From Candidatus Fermentibacteraceae bacterium (GTDB lineage Bacteria; Fermentibacterota; Fermentibacteria; Fermentibacterales; JCC-6): a DNA stretch of 64,000 nucleotides. The position numbers and the translations under genes are program-made. The notes beneath the pieces were generated by a model. It ran no database searches and was not told the DNA's origin. It worked only from the letters and a program-made list of their open reading frames with translations. The stretch covers positions 67,299 to 131,298 of the forward strand of contig JAWOHL010000041.1 in assembly GCA_046485185.1 (NCBI GenBank), read 5' to 3'. Shown here piece by piece: positions 57,801-64,000 of the stretch (its first letter is position 1; each line of letters starts with the position of its first letter).

Positions 57801-57846
57801 TCTCGGGCAGGTCTTCGGAAACGCCCATATTGCGAAAAAGTGTTGA
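54829..57846 (+). CDS. Class III nucleotidyl cyclase fused to a STAND (NB-ARC-like) ATPase and TPR repeats
   Basis: FTDMENST / NTGDGFLAVF / IGVHSGPV / GTSVNRAARV cyclase motifs. Walker A APGGAGKTRLA (55474-55497). C-terminal TPRs (CNLGNVHESLGNREKAVECLSRAL). Confidence 0.85.
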   Translation: MPAFLFTDMENSTLKWQTHPEFMPMCLQTHDDIVGNCIASFGGSVVKNTGDGFLAVFHNGGSLQCSCEIQRALSREDWDRVEGLSIRIGVHSGPVTERGSDFFGTSVNRAARVMAVGSGGQIVFTEEALKSETVPPGTDMLNHGFHMLSDLLDPLGLYTLAWSGCPDSDHRQLRTISLSPGSLPLQNTPFVGRYDDLNRVKTILTRDSCRLLTLLAPGGAGKTRLALQAAADLVPVFTDGVFFIPLEQVRDPGAVTAEICRRMGITLAGPSGEMQQLLARMRGMKCLLILDNIEHLPDCGPIVSSILSGTGEASILATSRHRTGLREEWLYEVTGLSLPEEECRSFEESDGCTLFMQIAERTAPGFTPDDVQRRSIESLCTLLEGSPLGIELAASWVRLVPPSVVLSELRRDLSLLESGDPLIPSRQKTLGQAFDYSWKLLNDSDRKALAGASVFHGDFNAAAFSRVTGGKLRDLAALHDKSLLRRSGTDRFALHGIIRGFAREHIEAHPDGADGLVCNHRDCFASLSAELLPLLKSGAQQNALEAIQRDIDNIREGFLNAAATGSGNLVESYSDALSIFFQTKSRLREGKALFETALATLAGRGFDSPEAPPGSRKSLAAVMTSAAIFNAMTGDLDVAWKLAENALGLAVSVESTVDAARSLNIMGIVRYNRGDHSGAAGLIEKALSQKDVIRDPWVQSSILCNLGNVHESLGNREKAVECLSRALDLARTTGDRFRMASILVNLGRLLDRNSGMEMLGEALTIREELGDRKGIAFLHTALASRDEDPGGEAALDHWLKALSIQREIGDRPGASRTLYSLGNLAAERGHLDDSLGYFADSVALAGSIGATRALHDALCRKALVMAVAGMAPKALETMKNAERDAFTGNKPPSLEKHHATIALCAHFAGEPELALGAVSMAISAAEGRFLPETVAAAALISKDLNRTDAAMACVDSLFKNLQEVPAEIRVALPPGSGSSERAPDQAELAALLGQVFGNAHIAKKC

Positions 57847-57959
57847 ACTTACCGAGTTGTCCACAACCGTGACAGCCCCATAAATCCCCATTCAGACGGC
57901 TTTCCCCGATAGGTCCACCCTGTTTCAACAGTGTTTTCCACACAAGGGTTCCGGCGGGA

Positions 57960-59270
57960 TCACACAAACCTAAGAAGCTCATGGATTTGGTCCGTTGAGA
58001 GGTTTCGTTTCCCCGGAACTTCGACCCGGGGTGACATGCCTTCGGCATCCAGTTCCCTCAGCCCGGCAAGGAATGCCCCGAGAAGTTTCAGTTCCCCTTC
58101 GGAGTCGGGCCATGCCAGGGAATCGGGCAGCTCCCCGCCCGACCAGTGAACCGTGCAGCCCCGAAGAAACCTCAGCAGGGCGCCCCTTCTCGCCAGCAGA
58201 GCCCCGTAAGCCACGCCTTCAAGCAGCCTGTCCAGATCTGTCGGCTCTTCTGGCTCCTCACGGCGGAAGCACCGGAGACCAAGGCGGAAAAGGTTTCCGT
58301 CCTCGCACTGTTCCCTGAGGGCGGGCAGGAGAGCGGTGTCGGCATCTTCACCCACGAGAAGTCTGTGGGCCAGGAGAAGCCCCTTCAGGGAGGCTTCGGA
58401 AGGGAATGGCCCCCTGAAAACACCTCTTTCCGGCGGGTCAGCATAAAGACGCCAGTCCGCCCCGAGATACATGCACCTCAGTCTGGAAGGCCTTCCCGCC
58501 CTGTTGCACGGAGGGTCCAGCTCGAGTATCCTCCTGGCTTCAAGCATGGACGCCGTGAAGGGGCAGGTGCAGACGGTCCAGCGCACACGGTGAGCCCGGG
58601 CCGAAAGCTCTCCCGCGCCACCGCCGTGGCCGCCTGTGAACCATGACGCGAGCCTTTTCCGAATGCTTCGGGATTTTCCCACGTACAGGACCGCCCCCCT
58701 GGAGTCAAGCATCTCGTAAACACCCGGCGCATCGGGAGCGGACAGCCTCTCCTCCCTTGAGACCCTGCTTCCTGTCGACTCAGGGATCCTTGGCATCTGG
58801 AGCCATACGAACCTGGTCGCTTCCACGTGCTCCCGTGCCCGTCTGAGTTCGGGAAGAGGCCAGCCCAGGTAGCCGGCCACGGCCCTCAGCCCGAAGGCCC
58901 GAAGGCCCGGAAGCCTCTTCCGGGCGAGTTCCCTGGTGCAGATGTATTCGGCAAGCGGCAATCCCGTGAGCCATCTGAGCCACTTCAGCTCGTACTGTGC
59001 GTGGTGGGCCACAGTAAAGCCGGCATAAAGAGCCGCCCTGAGAAGGTGGGCCGCTTCGGCAAGGGGGATGCCCTGTGCGGAATCGTCGGGCGTAATGCCT
59101 GTCAGGGAGCGGACAATGGCCGGAACACAAGCCCCTGCGGGGGGTCTTACCGTGAAACAGTGCACGCTCCCCTCTCCCGCAGCCCAGGCCACCTCCAGAA
59201 GCACCCCGTTGCCGGGAACCCCTGCCGCCTGCACATCCACGAAAACCATTCCGGATCGTGCCGTTTCCAT
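57960..59270 (-). CDS. DnaQ-like (DEDD-fold, degenerate motifs) exonuclease domain fused to a GIY-YIG nuclease domain and an unknown C-terminal region
   Basis: N-terminus MVFVDVQAAG...HHAQYELKWL. Mid-protein PGVYEMLDSRGAVLYVGKSRSIRKRL. Confidence 0.65.
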   Translation of the reverse strand: METARSGMVFVDVQAAGVPGNGVLLEVAWAAGEGSVHCFTVRPPAGACVPAIVRSLTGITPDDSAQGIPLAEAAHLLRAALYAGFTVAHHAQYELKWLRWLTGLPLAEYICTRELARKRLPGLRAFGLRAVAGYLGWPLPELRRAREHVEATRFVWLQMPRIPESTGSRVSREERLSAPDAPGVYEMLDSRGAVLYVGKSRSIRKRLASWFTGGHGGGAGELSARAHRVRWTVCTCPFTASMLEARRILELDPPCNRAGRPSRLRCMYLGADWRLYADPPERGVFRGPFPSEASLKGLLLAHRLLVGEDADTALLPALREQCEDGNLFRLGLRCFRREEPEEPTDLDRLLEGVAYGALLARRGALLRFLRGCTVHWSGGELPDSLAWPDSEGELKLLGAFLAGLRELDAEGMSPRVEVPGKRNLSTDQIHELLRFV

Positions 59271-59292
59271 AGACCCGCATTATATCTCGCCC

Positions 59293-60222
59293 GTGAAAAA
59301 AGCGCTGATATTCCTTGCAGGCACAGCGAAGAACACCCTTGCAACCGGGTGGGTGCTTTTCCGTGTGATGGTACCGGCTTTACTCCTGGTGAGGCTGGTC
59401 TCCCTGCTCGGGGTCCTCGAACCCCTGGGCGGACTGATGGCGCCCGTCATGCGTGCCGCGGGTCTCCCGGGAGAGACCGGCATCGTCTGGATCACCGGCA
59501 TGCTCACGAACATGTACGGCGGCCTCGCCCTTATGGCGGGAATGGCGGGAAGCCTCGACCTCACAGTGGGTCAGGTCACCTCGCTTGGCATGATGCTTCT
59601 GCTTGCGCACTCCATGCCCGTTGAGGTCACCGTCGCCGCCCGCTCGGGAGTGAGCCCTCTGCTGGTGATCCCCCTCAGGGTCGGTGCGGCCATGCTGGCC
59701 GGAATCCTTCTGAAGGTAACGGGGTTCGTTGGGGCCTTTTCGGGAAGACCGGTCATTCTGTGGCGGGGCGTTCCCAGCTCAGGCGGTATCACCGATTGGC
59801 TTCTGGGCCTTGTGAAAACCATGGGGACCATCCTGCTTGTGATATTCGTGGTCCTTCTGGCCCTTGCCGTGCTTGAGAAACTGGGTTTCACCCGTTTGCT
59901 GCAAAGGCTTCTCGGACCGGCATTCAGGCTTGTCGGCATTGGTCCCGAGGCAACCACAATCACAGTCGTGGGGCTTGTCCTGGGAATCTCCTACGGCGGC
60001 GGGCTGGTGATAAACGCCGCTTCCAGGGGCGACATACCCCGCCGGCAGGTCATGGCAGCGGTGTGCTTCATGAGCCTGTGCCACGCCATAGTGGAAGACA
60101 CGGCCCTTGTGGCCACCCTGGGAGCCTGGACGCCCATGATCTCTCTGGGGCGCATCCTTCTCTCATGGGGGATCATGGCCCTTGTATTCCTGTTCCCCCG
60201 AATGAGGACGAAAGAAACCTGA
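59293..60222 (+). CDS. Nucleoside-recognition (Gate) domain membrane protein; start uncertain (GTG 59293)
   Basis: Multi-TM, with LEPLGGLMAPVMRAAGLPGETGIVWITGML, typical of Gate-domain proteins. Confidence 0.6.
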   Translation: MKKALIFLAGTAKNTLATGWVLFRVMVPALLLVRLVSLLGVLEPLGGLMAPVMRAAGLPGETGIVWITGMLTNMYGGLALMAGMAGSLDLTVGQVTSLGMMLLLAHSMPVEVTVAARSGVSPLLVIPLRVGAAMLAGILLKVTGFVGAFSGRPVILWRGVPSSGGITDWLLGLVKTMGTILLVIFVVLLALAVLEKLGFTRLLQRLLGPAFRLVGIGPEATTITVVGLVLGISYGGGLVINAASRGDIPRRQVMAAVCFMSLCHAIVEDTALVATLGAWTPMISLGRILLSWGIMALVFLFPRMRTKET

Positions 60223-61549
60223 CGCACAGCTCCGGGTCCGGCTGGGGCTGAAGCTCACCTGACAGAACGGCCTCCTCCAGTTTGCCAACAGCCTCCGCAA
60301 GGCGCTTTCCGGAAAGCCCCAGGGCCTCCCGCACCACCTTGCCGGTACCCTTTGCAAGAAGCCTCTTCTCGACCGGTGTGTTTTCGAGCCGCTTCCTCAG
60401 TTCAGCCAGGCTTTCAAGGCCTTCCCTGACGGTTTCCGGGGCCTTCGAGCGGATATCCGCCTCCGTAAGTGCAAGCAGCCTATCAAGGTTCTCACCCGCG
60501 GAACCAGCAAGCCTTCGAACGGCGCCGTCGCTCCAGTCGCTTCTGTAAAGCACGGGTCTCATGTGGTTTTGCACAAGGAACTCCAAAGCCCTGCGCCAAG
60601 CCCTGGAAAAGCGCATGGACTCAGCGGCCGTCGCGGCCAGTTCGGAACCCGCCCGTTCGTGGTCGTGGAAATGGGGTTGGCCGTCCGCTCCAAGTGTTTT
60701 TGCTGAACCCTTTCCCGAATCGTGAAAAAGTGCTGCCCAGCGAAGAACGGGGTCGGGAGGCGTATGGCTGACTACAAGCAGCGTGTGTTCCCATGCGTCA
60801 AGGTTGTGGTGCCGTCCCTGGGGCGCGCCCCTCAGGGAAGCAAGACCTGAGAGCTCGGGCAGAAGTTGAAGGAGAACACCGGTTTCCAGCATGGCGTTCA
60901 GCGTGCCGGGCAGGTTTCCGCCGGGAGCCTGGAACAGGAGGTTCATCTCCTTCAGTTTCCTCTCCGCCGCCACATGAACCAGCTCGGAGGCGTGCCTGCG
61001 AAGAGCATCGGCTGTAGCATCCTCGATGGAAAAACCCAGAGTGGCCATGAAACGGAAGGCCCTGAGGATGCGGAGCGGGTCCTCCCGGAACGACACGCCG
61101 GGGTCGCCCGGGGTTCGGAGCAGCTTGAGCCCAAGGTCCCTCTCACCTCCCAGGGGATCTATGAGAGCGCCGTTCTCATCGAGAGCCATGGCGTTCACAG
61201 TGAAATCCCTGCGGGAAAGGTCATCCGAGATATCGCTTCCGAACGTCACCTTGGGGTGCCGGGAGCCGGGAAAATACCTCTCGCCGGTTCGAAGCGTGGT
61301 TATCTCGCACATCTCGCCGGTTTCTCCGTCACGGGCGGTGAGGGTTCCGAATTCGACGCCCATGTCCAGAACACCGAACCCGGCTTCCTCGAGCAGGGAG
61401 CGCACGCGTTCGGGAACGGCGTCGGTTGACAGGTCGGTATCACCACCGGGTGGTATCCCCAGAAGCCGGTCCCTGACGAACCCCCCGACGATGTAAAGCC
61501 GAAAGCCCGCCCGGATGAACCGGTCACGTAGATTTTCGTACATCATCAT
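60173..61549 (-). CDS. cca: CCA-adding enzyme / poly(A) polymerase-family nucleotidyltransferase with an HD domain
   Basis: YIVGGFVRDRLLG...GDTDL head motif, RDFTVNAMA, HD-region LFHDSGK. Confidence 0.85.
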   Translation of the reverse strand: MMMYENLRDRFIRAGFRLYIVGGFVRDRLLGIPPGGDTDLSTDAVPERVRSLLEEAGFGVLDMGVEFGTLTARDGETGEMCEITTLRTGERYFPGSRHPKVTFGSDISDDLSRRDFTVNAMALDENGALIDPLGGERDLGLKLLRTPGDPGVSFREDPLRILRAFRFMATLGFSIEDATADALRRHASELVHVAAERKLKEMNLLFQAPGGNLPGTLNAMLETGVLLQLLPELSGLASLRGAPQGRHHNLDAWEHTLLVVSHTPPDPVLRWAALFHDSGKGSAKTLGADGQPHFHDHERAGSELAATAAESMRFSRAWRRALEFLVQNHMRPVLYRSDWSDGAVRRLAGSAGENLDRLLALTEADIRSKAPETVREGLESLAELRKRLENTPVEKRLLAKGTGKVVREALGLSGKRLAEAVGKLEEAVLSGELQPQPDPELCVRFLSSSFGGTGIQGP

Positions 61550-61589
61550 TCGTCAGCGCCTTCCAGACACCCAAATCAGGTTCCCGAAA

Positions 61590-62804
61590 CTACCTGAGCA
61601 GAACCATCCTGGCGGACGCCTGCTGATCCGTTCCTCTGATGCTGACAATGTAGACCCCGGATGCGAGTTCGGAACCGCTGAGTCGCCTGCCGTCCCAAAC
61701 GATGAAGTGGTCCCCCGCTGGAGCTTCTCCAAGCTCTTCGGTATCTACCAGACGGCCGGTGATGTCGAAAACCTCGAGCGTGAGAGAGGAAATGCCGGAA
61801 GAGCTGTAGGCAACGGTTGCCGTTGAACGGACCGGGTTTGGAGATATCCCGGTGATGGTCAGGTCAGTTGGATTGACGCCGGTAAAGGTCTCTCCCTCCA
61901 CTGAAGTGAATTCCCTCACTCCGAGACTGTGGTTCTCTCCCCCTGCCAGTTCGACGAAACCCTCGTTGGGTGAGGGAACTATTCGCTGACCGAAGCTGTT
62001 GCTGCCCCAGGCCACGATCGAACCGTACGACTTCAACCCCAGGCTGTGCCAGCTCCCGCCGGCTATATCCACGAAGTCAACGTTCGGAACGGCCACGTTG
62101 CACTGGCCGGAGTCGTTCCTGCCCCAGGCCGCCACTGAACCGTCGTCGCGGAGCCCAAGAGTATGCTGTGCACCCGCTTCAACTGAAATGTAACCCAGGT
62201 TCGGCGTGGCAACGTTGCACTGGCCGTACTCGTTCCTGCCCCAGGCGACGATTGTACCGTTTGCCTTGAGCCCGGCGCTGTGGTCGTACCCGGCTGTCAC
62301 CGAAATAAAGCCCTGATTGGGTGCGGGAACAGTGCACTGACCGTACCAGTTCTCTCCCCAGCCCAGGACGGAGCCGTCGGCTTTGAGGCCCAAAGTGTGA
62401 CTCCAGCCGGCAGCAACTGCCGTGTAACCGTTGTTGGGATAAGGCACATTGCACTGACCGTAGCCGTTGTCGCCCCAGGCAACGATTACGCCGTTCTGTC
62501 TGAGGCCGATGCTGTGGTACATCCCGGCCGCCACTGCCACAAAGCCCGTGTTGGGCGCGGGCACGTTGCACTGACCAAAGTCGTTCCTTCCCCAGGCCAC
62601 TATGGAGCCGTCCGCCCTGAGACCAAGACTGTGGCCCTCGCCCGCTGCAACTTCAACAAAGTTGCCGTTCGGTGCGGGCACGTTGCACTGGGTCCAGTTG
62701 TTTCTGCCCCAGGCAACCACTTCTCCGTTGTAAAGGGCAATTCCCGGAGTCGAAACGAGAACCGGCAGCAGAAGCATGAATGTCTTGCCTGAAAAACCGC
62801 CCAT
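61590..62804 (-). CDS. RCC1-like seven-repeat beta-propeller with a T9SS C-terminal sorting domain
   Basis: 404 aa from an internal ATG with an AAGGGGG SD. Seven repeats of VAWGRNxxGQCNVPxPNxGFVxVAAGxxHSLGL. CTD reads ISPNPVRSTATV...LEVFDITGRLV...GVYIVSI...MVLLR. Confidence 0.8.
   Translation of the reverse strand: MGGFSGKTFMLLLPVLVSTPGIALYNGEVVAWGRNNWTQCNVPAPNGNFVEVAAGEGHSLGLRADGSIVAWGRNDFGQCNVPAPNTGFVAVAAGMYHSIGLRQNGVIVAWGDNGYGQCNVPYPNNGYTAVAAGWSHTLGLKADGSVLGWGENWYGQCTVPAPNQGFISVTAGYDHSAGLKANGTIVAWGRNEYGQCNVATPNLGYISVEAGAQHTLGLRDDGSVAAWGRNDSGQCNVAVPNVDFVDIAGGSWHSLGLKSYGSIVAWGSNSFGQRIVPSPNEGFVELAGGENHSLGVREFTSVEGETFTGVNPTDLTITGISPNPVRSTATVAYSSSGISSLTLEVFDITGRLVDTEELGEAPAGDHFIVWDGRRLSGSELASGVYIVSIRGTDQQASARMVLLR
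61914..62732 (-). repeat. Seven tandem ~117-bp (39-codon) coding repeats
   Basis: The WG(R/D/E/S)N motif recurs at residues 31, 71, 110, 149, 188, 227 and 266 of the protein. Confidence 0.8.
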
Positions 62805-62966
62805 GATCAACCCCCTTTCGTTACGTGACAAAGTCCTGTCTGCTTCGCGGGGGAGGGGTTTCAACTCCACGGGCTCGGCCCGAGTGGTATGAGGCACAGG
62901 CCCACGAAGCTGCTCCAGCATTTTCGTGATCCGATCATCCTCCCACTGATACATGCTCGTTGAGCC

Positions 62967-63016
62967 GGAACGAAACAAGCGGGAGCCGGCCCGCGTGGGG
63001 TGAGGCGCAGGCCGGC
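62967..63016 (-). terminator. Intrinsic-terminator-like hairpin after phoU
   Basis: 11-bp stem GCCGGCCTGCG/CGCGGGCCGGC with one G-U pair and a 10-nt loop, followed by UCCCGCUUGUUUCGUU. Confidence 0.5.
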
Positions 63017-63090
63017 AGACAGGAGGAGTCCGGGATTTTCCCTCGAAGGCTCCCGGCGCCTTCAGAGCGTCGTGAGGTGCAGGTAAAGGT

Positions 63091-63744
63091 TCAGTTGAAA
63101 TCCACCACTTCACCGGTGACGGTGAAGATCACTCTCTCACAGATGTTTATGACCCTGTCGCCCACACGCTCCAGGTTGTGGGCGACCCAGTCCAGAAGCA
63201 TGCACTGCTCCATGTTCGTGGGGCGTTCCATGACGAAGGTCATCAGTTCCCGGTGCACCTGCCTGTACAGGATGTCTATCTGTATGTCCCTGGTGGGGAT
63301 CTCACGGGCTGTCTGACTGTCGCCTTCGGTGAACGCCCTCAGCGCATCCTCCAGCATCCCGGTGGCGATGTCGCCCATTCTCGGTATGTCCACCAGCGGT
63401 TTGACGAGAGGTTCCGAGCCTATTTTTCTGCTGATCCTGGCGATCCCCTTTGCGTAGTCCCCGATACGCTCCACCTCGTTGGTGATCTGAAGAACGCTGA
63501 AGATGAACCGCAGGTCCCCCGCCACGGGCTGCTGCGTCGCTATGAGCCTGATGCAGTGCTCCTCTATGTCCCAGCACTTGTGATTCACCTGCTCGTCCGA
63601 TTCAATTACGAGCCCGGCACCCTTCATGTCCCGGCTTCCGAGGAACTTGATGGAATCCCTTATGTTCTTCTTCACGAGCTCCACTACGGACGTCATCTGG
63701 TTCTTCAGTTCCTGAAGCTCAAGCTGATACTGTTCCCTGCCCAT
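63091..63744 (-). CDS. phoU: Phosphate signalling complex protein PhoU
   Basis: 217 aa, two PhoU repeats, with LIATQQPVAGDLR and ERIGDYA / ERVGDRV. Confidence 0.92.
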   Translation of the reverse strand: MGREQYQLELQELKNQMTSVVELVKKNIRDSIKFLGSRDMKGAGLVIESDEQVNHKCWDIEEHCIRLIATQQPVAGDLRFIFSVLQITNEVERIGDYAKGIARISRKIGSEPLVKPLVDIPRMGDIATGMLEDALRAFTEGDSQTAREIPTRDIQIDILYRQVHRELMTFVMERPTNMEQCMLLDWVAHNLERVGDRVINICERVIFTVTGEVVDFN

Positions 63745-63758
63745 TACGGCATCTCCTT

Positions 63759-64000
63759 CTATCCGAACCGACCGGTGATGTAGTCTTCCGTCCTCCGGTC
63801 CGAGGGGGAAGTGAAGATCCTGTTGGTGGGGCCGAATTCCACCATGTTCCCGGCCCTGTTCTCATCGGTGAGAAGGAAGGCCGTGAAATCCGATACCCGG
63901 GCCGCCTGCTGCATGTTGTGGGTGACGATCACTATCGTGTACTTCTCCTTTAGGGAGTTCATCAGCTCTTCGATCTTGATCGTGGCGACGGGGTCCAGTG
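63759..64000 (-). CDS. pstB: Phosphate ABC transporter ATP-binding protein PstB (C-terminal part; gene continues beyond the window)
   Basis: [17 protein letters not shown]...EDYITGRFG, the typical PstB C-terminus. The reading frame stays open to the window edge. Confidence 0.9.
   Translation of the reverse strand, partial: LDPVATIKIEELMNSLKEKYTIVIVTHNMQQAARVSDFTAFLLTDENRAGNMVEFGPTNRIFTSPSDRRTEDYITGRFG

Noticed and set aside
62805-63113. N-terminal extension of the RCC1-like gene to ATG 63113 or ATG 62954.
   Set aside because: The extension overlaps the phoU 3' end and its terminator hairpin. The ATG at 62804 has an SD and gives a normal signal peptide. The 62954 start cannot be fully excluded.

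Overview
High-GC bacterial chromosomal window built around the translation and transcription core, all on the minus strand. (1) The proximal S10/spc ribosomal-protein operon runs rpsJ to rplX (12-5778); the rplE ATG sits at the window edge. (2) A co-directional supercluster of about 15 kb runs tRNA-Thr/Tyr/Gly/Thr, tuf, rpmG, tRNA-Trp, secE, nusG, rplKAJL, rpoB, rpoC, rpsL, rpsG (20620-35199). (3) fusA is detached (9788-11842). About 8.7 kb of accessory genes sit between rpsG and fusA. They include a tightly overlapping DOMON / FMN-reductase / unknown 231-aa protein / radical SAM-SPASM / GGCT-like gene string. They also include a divergent DOMON-lipoprotein / beta-barrel / PH-like / flavoprotein / MFS operon, and a DUF2259-like plus zinc-ribbon pair. 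The right half holds cell-envelope and glycan genes: a lipoprotein-ABC-FtsX-propeller-GT2-radical SAM-GT4 operon, then a GT4-lysC-uppP-TPR/beta-barrel-DUF445 operon. After these come TldD/PmbA, a methyltransferase coupled to a cyclase-STAND-TPR protein, a DnaQ-like/GIY-YIG protein, cca, an RCC1-like propeller and phoU-pstB. Three proteins carry T9SS-type C-terminal sorting domains, which suggests an FCB-superphylum-like uncultured lineage (inference only). I saw no CRISPR array, IS element, integrase or rRNA. The most unusual points are listed next. A radical SAM/SPASM gene has no canonical start codon, and the same CTGA stop-start junction recurs at two other genes. The rSAM-centred operon sits wedged into the str locus. 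The rpoC trigger-loop insertion is about 375 aa with a non-repeat-like core. All function calls rest on my reading of the translated motifs; no database search was run.
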